Positions 39,625-48,699 of a stretch of 64,000 nt of DNA are shown here, in pieces. The translations under genes and the position numbers were made by a program. The stretch's first letter is position 1, and the number at the start of each line of letters is the position of its first letter. Source of the stretch: Pirellulales bacterium (GTDB taxonomy: Bacteria; Planctomycetota; Planctomycetia; Pirellulales; PALSA-1355); NCBI GenBank assembly GCA_963733035.1, contig CAVTBU010000006.1:224001-288000 (forward strand), in the 5' to 3' direction. Below the pieces are notes generated by a model. The model did not search any database and had not been told where the DNA came from. It saw only the letters and a program-made list of their open reading frames with translations.

Positions 39625-41360
39625 ATGCTATGGCAGCGGCGAGGGACTGCGTTAGGCTCCGAGTCACGAGGGATTGTTTTATCCGTTGTTTTGAGGAGCT
39701 CAATCATGGCCACTCGACCGCAAGACTGCAGCACAACGAAGCCAGTACTGTTCCTGGGTCTCGAATTAGGGCAGCGAACCTGGAAGTTGGGGTTCACCGT
39801 GGGTTTGGGTCAGAAGCCGCGGCGACGTGAGATCGCTGCCGGTTGCATTCAGGCACTGAAACGAGAGATCAATGAGAGTAAGCAACGTTTTGGTCTGCCT
39901 GCGGATGTGGAGGTGATTAGCTGTTACGAGGCAGGCCGTGATGGGTTTTGGCTGCATCGTTGGCTGGTGTCTGAGAACGTCACAAACTTGGTGGTTGACT
40001 CGTCTAGCATTCAAGTGCCGCGGCGGCAGCGACGGGCCAAGACCGATCGTCTGGATTTGGAACAATTGTTGACCATGTTGGTGCGCTGGCATCAGGGCGA
40101 GTCGAAAGTCTGGAGCGTGGTGACGGTGCCGAGTGAAGCGGAAGAGGACGTTCGGCATTTGCATCGCGAGTTGGAAACGCTGCGGGCGGAACAGACCAGC
40201 CACATCAATCGAATCAAGAGGCTGTTGATCGGTTGCGGCGTGGTGATTGATGTGAACCGCTGGCTACCGAAACGGCTCAAAGCAATACGGCTTTGGAATG
40301 GCTCGCCGTTGACCAGCGATTTGCGGCAACGGGTATTGCGGGAGTTCGAGCGGATGCAGGTGGTCAATCGACAGGTTCGCGAGCTGGAAAAGGAGCGTGC
40401 CGCCCGGATTCGCAGCAACGAAACTGACAAGAGCGTCGCCCAGGTGCGGACGTTGTTGGGCGTGAAGGGCATCGGCGTCAACAGCGCGTGGATGTACGTG
40501 CAGGAGGTGTTTGGCTGGCGAAAGATCAAGAATCGTCGTCAATTGGGTGCGCTCGTGGGGCTGACCGGCAGTCCGTATAGCAGCGGCAACTTGGAGCGCG
40601 ATCAGGGAATTACAAAGGCTGGAAACCGCCGGATGCGAACAATGGCTGTCGAAATCGCCTGGGGATGGTTGGCATTCCAACCCGGCAGCGATCTGAGCCG
40701 TTGGTATCACGATCGATTCGCGGCCGGAAACAAGCGTCTTCGTCGCATTGGAATTGTGGCGCTGGCAAGAAAGCTGTTGGTGGAGTTGTGGAAATACCTG
40801 GAGACCGGCGTGCCGCCTTGCAACGCGGAGCTGACCGAGTGGGAGGACAAGATTCACTACACCCCTTCCCTTACGCCGGCGTAGCGATTGGATCGGTGCG
40901 AGTATGGAGCGTCTGAACGACTGACGTCGAGACTGGAAAGCGACCGAGTATCCGGCGGGTACGAGTTAGGCTCACCGAAAGGTAGATGGGATCGCTTTCA
41001 TTATGGCTTCCCGAGAGCGTCCAGGACGCATAGGGCATAGGGTGATCGGCGATGATGCCGGCACGGATAGAAGCTAGTCGTTGGCCTCGGCCACAACGAT
41101 CAGCGGAAGCCGCCAGTCATGACGTTGAACCGACAGAAGAAGTGTTTTGAGGAATGGCAGGACAAATGAATGTGCATCCCAGCACGGCTCCAGCCGCGGC
41201 GTGCGGCCAGAGCCGTCACGGAATCATTCACCCGCCCTGACCTGGCTATCCCTTGTTGGGTTGCTCTTCAGCAGAGCTCAACTCCGTTTCACCAGGCAGG
41301 CGAAAGTATATCACGACTCAACGTTGGATGAGGAGCTTGACAGGTGCGCATCCATAGAAG
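39625..41360 (+). mobile_element. IS110/IS1111-family insertion sequence, copy 2
   Basis: Same length and junctions as copy 1. Confidence 0.92.
39706..40884 (+). CDS. IS110-family transposase/recombinase
   Basis: One aa difference from copy 1 (IKGLL/IKRLL). Confidence 0.95.
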   Translation: MATRPQDCSTTKPVLFLGLELGQRTWKLGFTVGLGQKPRRREIAAGCIQALKREINESKQRFGLPADVEVISCYEAGRDGFWLHRWLVSENVTNLVVDSSSIQVPRRQRRAKTDRLDLEQLLTMLVRWHQGESKVWSVVTVPSEAEEDVRHLHRELETLRAEQTSHINRIKRLLIGCGVVIDVNRWLPKRLKAIRLWNGSPLTSDLRQRVLREFERMQVVNRQVRELEKERAARIRSNETDKSVAQVRTLLGVKGIGVNSAWMYVQEVFGWRKIKNRRQLGALVGLTGSPYSSGNLERDQGITKAGNRRMRTMAVEIAWGWLAFQPGSDLSRWYHDRFAAGNKRLRRIGIVALARKLLVELWKYLETGVPPCNAELTEWEDKIHYTPSLTPA

Positions 41361-41456
41361 CCGGATACGGTTGGCCGGGCCGCTCTGCTAAGGCGGTTCC
41401 CGCTCGTCGGGATGAGGGTTCGAATCCCTTGCCTTCCGCTCGTGAACGATACGTGA

Positions 41457-41529
41457 GCCTCGATGGTGAAACGGACGATCACTCCTTGCTTCTAACAAGG
41501 CATTCCGGGTTCGAATCCTGGTCGGGGCA
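41457..41529 (+). tRNA. tRNA-Arg(TCT)
   Basis: CCTTG-CTTCTAA-CAAGG. Confidence 0.9.
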
Positions 41530-41555
41530 TTTTTGAGGAATACGACAATATATAT

Positions 41556-41630
41556 GGCGTCCGTGGTGTAGCGGTTTCTGCACGTCTGGCTGTGAACCAG
41601 AAGGTGGCGGTTCAACTCCGCTCGGACACC
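41556..41630 (+). tRNA. tRNA-His(GTG)
   Basis: TCTGG-CTGTGAA-CCAGA; G-1:C73. Confidence 0.88.
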
Positions 41631-41647
41631 CTGAAAGGAAGTGAAGC

Positions 41648-42244
41648 ATGGTCGCAAAGGTACTTGAACATCCAACGCTGGTGCTCAACCGCAACTGGCA
41701 GCCGGTGAACGTGGCCACGGTGGCCCGGGCGCTGGTGCTGTTGTGGAACGACTCGGCTCGCGTGGTGGACCCGGCGGACTACCGGCTCTACACCTGGGCC
41801 GATTGGTCGGAGCTGCGCCCGGACGAAGGCGAGCGGTTCATCCAGGCCGTGCGGCTGCGGCTGCGCGTGCCCGAGGTGATCGTGCTGGCCGAGTACGACC
41901 GGCTGCCGACCGCCGCCGTGAGCTTCAGCCGCCGCAACGTATTCAAGCGGGACCATTGGGCCTGCCAGTACTGCGGCTGCCAGCCGGGCGGAGAGGAGTT
42001 GACGATCGATCACGTGATTCCGCGGTCGCACGGTGGCACCTCGACGTGGGAGAACTGCGTGCTCGCGTGCATCGGCTGCAACAAGCGAAAGGCCGACCGC
42101 ACGCCGCACCAGGCCGGTATGCGGCTCCACAAGGTGCCGGTCCGGCCGACGTGGAAGCCGATCTACGCCCGCGACAGCGTGCGGATCGAAAGCTGGTCGA
42201 AGTTTATCAGCGAGACGTACTGGAATGTTCCGCTGGAGAAGTAG
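41648..42244 (+). CDS. HNH endonuclease (McrA-like)
   Basis: RDHWACQYCG, TIDHVIPRSHGG, CIGCNKRK. Confidence 0.93.
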   Translation: MVAKVLEHPTLVLNRNWQPVNVATVARALVLLWNDSARVVDPADYRLYTWADWSELRPDEGERFIQAVRLRLRVPEVIVLAEYDRLPTAAVSFSRRNVFKRDHWACQYCGCQPGGEELTIDHVIPRSHGGTSTWENCVLACIGCNKRKADRTPHQAGMRLHKVPVRPTWKPIYARDSVRIESWSKFISETYWNVPLEK

Positions 42245-42280
42245 CCAGTTGCCCGCAGGGCTTGTTCCTGCGGGCCTTAC

Positions 42281-42350
42281 ACGAGTGTGCTCCTGGGAGA
42301 GCAGTCAGCCTCCAAAACTGACGGACGGGGTTCGACTCCTCGCGCTCGTG
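42281..42350 (+). tRNA. tRNA-Trp(CCA)
   Basis: TCAGC-CTCCAAA-ACTGA; G73; small D arm. Confidence 0.78.
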
Positions 42351-42353
42351 CTT

Positions 42354-42427
42354 GCCGACGTGGCTCGAAACAGAAAGGCACCTGTCTTGTAAACAGGTTG
42401 ATGCTGGTGCGAATCCAGTCGTCGGCT
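42354..42427 (+). tRNA. tRNA-Thr(TGT)
   Basis: CCTGT-CTTGTAA-ACAGG; T loop TGCGAAT. Confidence 0.8.
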
Positions 42428-42438
42428 CTTAAGAGTTT

Positions 42439-42744
42439 TCAGCTTGTCGCAGGCCCGCTACGGGCGTCGTCGAGCATAGTCACTAAAGATCTTCGCAGAT
42501 CAGAACCGGGCTCCTGCAACCACCGATTGTCGTAACGCGCCAAATCTGTGGCGATGTTTGCCTCGGTGAACCACTCGCCGTCGCCACGAATTAAAGCTGG
42601 GACATTGTGCAATGCGTCCAAATAGTCGTGAACCTCGTCAATTGCGATCTGCTCTCCGTAGCGTATCCGCATCCGCAAATGCGTGATCGCTCGTTCCAGA
42701 AATACCAGATAAACGTCGGCGTCGTCTTGCGGCAGGCGGAGCAT
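42439..42744 (-). CDS. Hypothetical protein between tRNA genes
   Basis: 101 aa; DALHNVP motif. Confidence 0.6.
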   Translation of the reverse strand: MLRLPQDDADVYLVFLERAITHLRMRIRYGEQIAIDEVHDYLDALHNVPALIRGDGEWFTEANIATDLARYDNRWLQEPGSDLRRSLVTMLDDARSGPATS

Positions 42745-42799
42745 GGCACATCGCAGTCACGGATTTCGTTTGGGAGAACTGCATTCATTGTAACGCTAT

Positions 42800-42871
42800 G
42801 GCCTGTGAGTGTGTGGGATCGCACGGCAGCCTCCGAAGCTGCAAGACCAGGTTCGATTCCTGGATGGGCTA
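42800..42871 (+). tRNA. tRNA-Arg(CCG)
   Basis: GCAGC-CTCCGAA-GCTGC. Confidence 0.85.
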
Positions 42872-42883
42872 CTTGAACAATGC

Positions 42884-42956
42884 GTCTCGCGGGTGTGCCG
42901 GATGAGCACGGCAGTGTTCGAAACTGCAAGACGAGGTTCGATTCCTCGGCGAGGCA
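42884..42956 (+). tRNA. tRNA-Arg(TCG)
   Basis: GCAGT-GTTCGAA-ACTGC. Confidence 0.85.
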
Positions 42957-43135
42957 CTGATAAGGCGACAGACTGAATGATCATGTTGCAAACAATCCTG
43001 ACAGCACTGAGACGAGCTCTGTTTAGCCAGCCTGTAGCCGGCGGGGTGACGGCGAAGCCACCGTCGGCAGAGGCCGTCGCGTGTGCGGTCGTTCATTCGA
43101 CGACTTCGGTGGATCGCAGCGAAGGGAGGCTTACC

Positions 43136-43621
43136 ATGAACGCAGCCTATGACAAACTATGCGAACACCTGACCAACCAGCACATCGGCTTTTGGTCGCG
43201 CAGCGAGGACCTGTCGATCTGCACGGACTTTCGGGGCGAGGTCGGCACGTACCGGATCTTCGCTCGGGTTGACGCTGATGACAGCTTGTTCCAGGTCTTC
43301 GGTCACTCGCCGGTTCGCGTTCCGCCAGGCTCGCGGCCGGCGATCGCCGAGGCCGTGGCGCGGATCAACTGCGGTCTGAAGGTCGGCAAGTTCGAGATGG
43401 ATTGTGACGAGGGCGAGCTGCGGTTTCAGGCGGCCCAGATTCTGCCCGACGACGATCTCGACGAGCAGACGATTCAGCGTCTGATTGGTACGACCATGTC
43501 GATGTTGAACATTTACCTCCCGGCCGTCCTGTCGGTCATCTACGGCAACGAACTGCCGAAGGATGCCGTCAGGCACGCAGAGCCCGGGCGGCAGCTGTCC
43601 GACGAAAACGAGCCGCGGTGA
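43136..43621 (+). CDS. YbjN-domain protein, copy 2
   Basis: Close paralog of 26617. Confidence 0.8.
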   Translation: MNAAYDKLCEHLTNQHIGFWSRSEDLSICTDFRGEVGTYRIFARVDADDSLFQVFGHSPVRVPPGSRPAIAEAVARINCGLKVGKFEMDCDEGELRFQAAQILPDDDLDEQTIQRLIGTTMSMLNIYLPAVLSVIYGNELPKDAVRHAEPGRQLSDENEPR

Positions 43622-43641
43622 GGCCTGATCACCGCGCATTT

Positions 43642-43714
43642 GTCCTCGGAGTGTGCCGGATTCGCATCCGACCCTGCGAAGGTCGAGGACCAGGTTCAAT
43701 TCCTGGCGGGGACA
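43642..43714 (+). tRNA. tRNA-Arg(GCG)
   Basis: CGACC-CTGCGAA-GGTCG. Confidence 0.85.
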
Positions 43715-43774
43715 TTGAGGAACATTTAGAACTAAGCGAAGTGGTCAGTGGCACGCACAATCGGAAGCATCACG

Positions 43775-44407
43775 ATGACTGAACTTGAACACCTTTCATT
43801 TGAGCAACTGTTGGACGGGTGCGAAAAGGGACTCAAAAACGCGCAGTCACTGGCCGCTGAGGCAGGGCTCCTCTACGAACATAAGTACTTTGCACGGACG
43901 TACGCTCTTAGTCACCTAGCAAGAGAAGAACTCGGCAAAGTCATGATGCTATATCACGCCGCCATCGACGTCCTCGTTGGTGCGACCGTTGACTGGAAGA
44001 AGCTGAGCCGACGGTTCCGAAATCACCAAGAGAAGATCATAAACGATCAAATGTTCCAATCGCACACGATGGATCTCTTGAAGGCAGCTGAATTGCTAAC
44101 GGAGCAAGAGCAGGGTCAATTGGCGGCAGCGCAGCATCTCCAATTCACGAAACAGGCGATCGCGTATCGTAATCGCAGAAAAAACGCGTCCCTCTACGTG
44201 TCCTGGGAGGATCTTGCCTTTCAGATGCCCTCTGAGGTATTCACCGAGCAACAAGCGTATCGAATCTGGATGATTGCCAAATTTGCATGCGACGACTTCA
44301 CTCGGATAGTTGAGTCACTTAGAAAATGGGGTGCCCTGGAGCGAGAGCAGTTACTCGGAGTCTGGAAGCCTGTCATCGAACAGATACAAAGCCTCCTGAA
44401 GGAATAA
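43775..44407 (+). CDS. AbiV-family (HEPN) abortive infection protein
   Basis: NAQSLAAEAGLL, LAREELGK, FRNHQEK, KNASLYV. Confidence 0.8.
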   Translation: MTELEHLSFEQLLDGCEKGLKNAQSLAAEAGLLYEHKYFARTYALSHLAREELGKVMMLYHAAIDVLVGATVDWKKLSRRFRNHQEKIINDQMFQSHTMDLLKAAELLTEQEQGQLAAAQHLQFTKQAIAYRNRRKNASLYVSWEDLAFQMPSEVFTEQQAYRIWMIAKFACDDFTRIVESLRKWGALEREQLLGVWKPVIEQIQSLLKE

Positions 44408-44411
44408 CAGC

Positions 44412-44483
44412 GACGCTGAAGCCAGACGGCATGGCGACTGCCTGCAAAGCAGTTTTTAGCGGGTTCGACTCCCGCCGGCGTCT
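44412..44483 (+). tRNA. tRNA-Cys(GCA)
   Basis: ACTGC-CTGCAAA-GCAGT. Confidence 0.88.
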
Positions 44484-44508
44484 TTGAAGCGAAATCAGAA
44501 AGGAGATT

Positions 44509-45026
44509 GAAGCGAGGTTGATTCGGCCAGTTCCAGCGGCGCACGGCGGCTCGTCCTTGATGAGAGGCGATTGCTGCACGTGTGTTCCGCGAATGGGTTC
44601 TGCAGAAAGCTGCGTCTACCGTAACCAACAGATGGTTAGCTCAGTGGGTAGAGCACCAGACTTTGCATCTGGCTGTCACGGGTTCGACTCCCGTACCAAA
44701 CGCGGCTAAAAACCGCTCCGGCGCGAAAGCGTTACCAAACGCCCGCGGGGGCGGGCAAGCGTAGGTCTGCCGCTGGCACAGCGTTGAAAGACGCGGGCCC
44801 GTGCGGCGCAAGCGTCGCAACGTGCCACGTGCCAGTGGCAAACACAAGACGGTGCCCTGCAGTGCGCAGATACCGCTTGTGCGAGTCCTTGGCAACGACA
44901 AACCGACGCCGATGGCAAAGCGCGAGCCATGCTCAAGCAACGCCCTCGGCAAAGCGAAATCAACGCCTTGGATAGCACAGGCTCAAGCGCACTCCGCATA
45001 CGGATGTGGGACCGACGTTTCGCTTC
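44509..45026 (+). ncRNA. Large structured ncRNA with embedded tRNA-like domain, copy 2
   Basis: Terminal stem GAAGCGAG/TTCGCTTC; tRNA-like core 44633-44698 identical to copy 1. Confidence 0.7.
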
Positions 45027-45108
45027 GCCCCCAACGGCATTTTATTTGTGAACTAACTCGGTGGCTCGAACGTCCTATCAGTTCATGTACCGAGAGGAGG
45101 CAATTCCA

Positions 45109-46221
45109 ATGAACATCTTCATCATCAAGACAATCAAGATCCGCAGCTACGAAATGGGTCTGTACTTCCGCGACCGCGAGTTCAAGGGCTTGCTCGGCGA
45201 AGGTCGCCACTGGTTCATAGACCCGCTGGGCAAGGTCAATGTTGAAGTCGTCTCGCGGCGTGCGCCGTGGCTCGCGCACGAGAAGCTCGACGTGATCTCG
45301 CGCTCGGGTGCGCTCAAGGACCGCGCGGTGGTGTTGGACCTGAAGGACTACGAACGGGCTCTGGTCTGGATCGAGGGTCGCTTCAGCCACATCCTGCCGC
45401 CGGGCCTGTACGCCTACTGGACGGCGCTGCGTGACGTAAAGGTCGAGGTGGTCGATGCGCGGCATGTGCGCTTCGAGCACCCGGACCTGAAAGTCATCGT
45501 GCAGTCGCCGCTGGTCGAGCGCGTGCTGGAGCTGGCCACCGTGCAGGCGCACCACGTGGGCGTGCTGTTCATCGACGGCGACTTCGTTGAGACGTTGCCG
45601 CCGGGCCGCTACGCCTTCTGGAAGAACATGGCCCAGGTCAAGTTCGTCGAGGAGGATATGCGGGAGGCGATGTTCGACGTGGCCGGCCAGGACATTATGA
45701 CGGCCGATAAGGTGACGCTGCGGATGAACGCGGTCGTCACGTATCGCGTCGCCGATGCCCGGACGGCTGTGAGCACGGTGGACGACGTGCGGCAGGCCTT
45801 GTACCGCGAGGCCCAATTGGCGCTGCGTGCCGTGGTGGGTGCCCGCGAGCTCGACACGTTCTTGATGGAGAAGGACGGCGTGGCGAGCGAGTTGGCCGAC
45901 ATGGTGCGTGCGCGTGCCAAGACCTTGGGCGTGGAGCTGATTGCCGTGGGTATCCGCGACATCATCCTGCCGGGCGAAATGAAGGATCTGATGAACCGCG
46001 TCACGGAGGCCAAGAAGGCCGCCGAGGCCAACCTCATCGCTCGCCGCGAGGAAACGGCCGCCATGCGCAGCCAAGTCAACACCGCCAAGCTGCTAGCCGA
46101 CAACCCGACCCTGATGCGCCTCCGCGAGCTGGAGGTCCTGGAAAAGGTTGCCGCCAACTCGAAGCTCAACATTGTGTTGGGCGAAAAGCGGTTGACCGAG
46201 CGGATCGTCAATGTGCTGTAG
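45109..46221 (+). CDS. Slipin / SPFH (band 7) family protein
   Basis: GQDIMTADKVTLRMN, GIRDIILPGEM, RREETAAMRS, NPTLMRLRELE; GGAGG RBS. Confidence 0.9.
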   Translation: MNIFIIKTIKIRSYEMGLYFRDREFKGLLGEGRHWFIDPLGKVNVEVVSRRAPWLAHEKLDVISRSGALKDRAVVLDLKDYERALVWIEGRFSHILPPGLYAYWTALRDVKVEVVDARHVRFEHPDLKVIVQSPLVERVLELATVQAHHVGVLFIDGDFVETLPPGRYAFWKNMAQVKFVEEDMREAMFDVAGQDIMTADKVTLRMNAVVTYRVADARTAVSTVDDVRQALYREAQLALRAVVGARELDTFLMEKDGVASELADMVRARAKTLGVELIAVGIRDIILPGEMKDLMNRVTEAKKAAEANLIARREETAAMRSQVNTAKLLADNPTLMRLRELEVLEKVAANSKLNIVLGEKRLTERIVNVL

Positions 46222-46295
46222 CAAGAAGCCCCGAGGGCTGGACGCGAGTCCCGCCCTCGGGATTATTCTATTGAGCAAGCGGATCCTCGGCAGCC

Positions 46296-47272
46296 TCAAA
46301 CACCGAAGATCGGCAATTGCAGCTTCTCTTGCAGCTCTGCCCGCACTTTCCCGCCTAGCAGGAACCGGACGAAATCGCCGGCTTCAAGCAACCGGATATC
46401 AGCCGCATCCGCTTCCCGCCGCGCCTCGTCGGTGAAGCCGAACACTGACACAAAGCAAAACCGGCCGATGCCCAGCCTTTCGAAATCGTGCTCAATCTCC
46501 GCCCAGCCGACCGGCTGGTTTTGGTACCGCTTTACTTGCACCCGCCACACCTCCTCGCCCAGCTCGCCGTGATCGAACCGCGCTTCGACATCGATGATGG
46601 GCTGATTCTTGCCCACCCGCCGTTCATCCACCACCGCGCCTTGCGCTTCAAGTAGTCGACGACGAGCCACTCCCAATCCTTGTCGTTGAGCGCCTCCGAG
46701 CGCCGGATGATGAGCGTTTGCAGCCGATGGTAGGCATCCTGCACGTCCTTGTCCGGCGCGGCGATAAGGTTCGGCGACTGGCCGCGCACGATTTGATCGA
46801 CAATGTCGAACGCCTCGGCGATTTCCCAGAACGACATCCTCGGCCCGAGCAAGCTGCCCTTGAGCCGCCCGTAGAAATCGAGAATCTTGATCGCAGGCAC
46901 CGGGTACTCGACGCGGCGGTAGTGCCAGATATCGGTCTGGTCCTCAAGCTCGAAATCACGATACAGCGAGTCAGACGCGACGCGGCAGATTTGCACGCAT
47001 TTCCCAATCGGGTTGTAGTAGAGAATGTAGTCGCCCGCCGCGCATTCGCGTCCGAAGCGGAATAGCTGTCCGGTGCCTACCCCTACCTCGCGGTCTTGCT
47101 TGTAGAACGCGCACACGCTTTTCACATGCGACCACAACTCGTCACGCGTTCCGCTCGCAAGCAGCTTCGGATCAACGTCCTGCCAGCCGACGCCGACGAT
47201 GCCGTGCCGCCGGCAGAACTCAACGCAAATCCCGCCCGAACCGAGCTTGATTCCCCACACCCGCTGGCCCAT
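46296..47272 (-). CDS. Mrr-like restriction endonuclease (frameshift near 46645)
   Basis: N-terminal VGVGW/GDYIL domain; WEWLVVDYL, IDVEA, VQVKRY, FVSVFGFT. Confidence 0.7.
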
Positions 47273-47431
47273 GTCTCATCCCCAAAAAAGCTTCCCGAAT
47301 ACCACATCACCCGCCTTTCCACAACCGCCTGGGTTTTCGCGATGTCCGCCCGCACTGTTTCGTTCAACGCCAGGCCGCGGGCGACTATACTTGTACCACA
47401 CTCGCGCCATCACGAATCGCTCGTTAGTGAC

Positions 47432-47923
47432 ATGACGAAAATCGAACTGTACCTCCTGAACCTTGCGGGCGAATATCGCGTTTGCAGCGAGCTCAATAAG
47501 CGCGGCGTGTTCGCCACCATCACGTATGGCAACCGCAAGGGCGTCGATATCTACGCCATCAGCGATGCAAAGAATCGCGCACTGAAGATCGAGGTTAAAA
47601 CAAGCCAGCACGGCCGCTTCGTCACCGGCATCTCCCAGAAATGCCTGGAGGACAGCCCGCACGCCCCGGATTTCTGGGTCTTGTGCGACATCAAGGCGGG
47701 CGACACTGACGCATTCACCGAGCGGTTCTTCATCCTATCCCACCGCACCATCTGCCGCATCCAGAAGGCGCGCAACCAGAAATACGCCGACAAGTACACT
47801 GCCAAGCACGGTAAGGCCCCCGACCTCGCCGGCGGCGTCGACAACGTAATGATCGCCGACGTGGAGAAGTTTGAGGACAAGTGGTCGAGCATTGTCAAGC
47901 GAGTCAGGAAGCCTATCACCTGA
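47432..47923 (+). CDS. PD-(D/E)XK nuclease-fold protein
   Basis: AGEYRVCSEL, VDIYA, IEVKT. Confidence 0.72.
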   Translation: MTKIELYLLNLAGEYRVCSELNKRGVFATITYGNRKGVDIYAISDAKNRALKIEVKTSQHGRFVTGISQKCLEDSPHAPDFWVLCDIKAGDTDAFTERFFILSHRTICRIQKARNQKYADKYTAKHGKAPDLAGGVDNVMIADVEKFEDKWSSIVKRVRKPIT

Positions 47924-47961
47924 CCGCGGCGAGCCAATCAAGATAGGTATCGCGAATTAGG

Positions 47962-48699
47962 TCACTCAGCCTCTTTGCCAAGGAGTTTTTTTACGAGTGC
48001 AACCGAACCATCGAGGAAAGCAAGTCGATCCTCGATGGCGATTCGTGCCAATGGGCCCGGCGAAGCGAGAATCTCGTCAATATAGAACAATCGCACTGGA
48101 CGCTCGAATATTTCGCTAAGCCTCACTTCAATTTGAGTATGTTCGTCAGAGCGACTCCACAGAACGAGATAACTCTCTGCCACAGGTTCCCCGCGAACTA
48201 CAGACAGTAGCAGGAATAGACCGTCGCGACCGCTAACAAAGTATCGGTCCACATCCTTCCAAGTAACCGGCCCACTGAAGCCGCCCCAACTCTTGCATTC
48301 ACCCGAAATCAAACCGTCCGGTGAGCGCAGCAACAAGTCGAGCTGTACACGGCCGCCCGTGGTTTGGCACTTTCGCGTCAACTCTTTAATGCCCCACGAA
48401 CGAAGCGGCTCAGGCAAGCAGGGAAAAGTGCCGCTTGTGGCCAGTCGTTCGCCCGATGGAATCAGTTCGTGTCCCTTGATGGAACGTTCGGCGACGGAGG
48501 AGAGTCCGTGATCTTCAAACCACGCTCGCACGACAGGCTCGTAAAACCCCTGGTATCCGAGTATCCAATACGCAAATGCCCGCGTCTTGGGGTTCGTTTC
48601 CATCAATGTTTGTGCGCTTGTAGCACCACCTGCAACGGGCGCTGTCGACAGCGGCTCGTTTCCAACCGATGCAGTTGCCTGCGCAACCTCAATCGGCAA
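47962..48699 (-). CDS. Probable PD-(D/E)XK nuclease
   Basis: QLDLLL...GECKSW; overlaps brxL stop. Confidence 0.55.
   Translation of the reverse strand: MPIEVAQATASVGNEPLSTAPVAGGATSAQTLMETNPKTRAFAYWILGYQGFYEPVVRAWFEDHGLSSVAERSIKGHELIPSGERLATSGTFPCLPEPLRSWGIKELTRKCQTTGGRVQLDLLLRSPDGLISGECKSWGGFSGPVTWKDVDRYFVSGRDGLFLLLSVVRGEPVAESYLVLWSRSDEHTQIEVRLSEIFERPVRLFYIDEILASPGPLARIAIEDRLAFLDGSVALVKKLLGKEAE

Larger units (their letters stand above)
39616..41438 (+). pseudogene. tRNA-Ser(GCT) split by IS
   Basis: 39616-39624 plus 41361-41438 rejoin into a clean class II cloverleaf with G73. Confidence 0.85.

Noticed and set aside
17130..46221. The duplication as an assembly artefact
   Set aside because: The copies differ by many substitutions, compensatory changes, cargo genes and deletions, and are separated by an att core.
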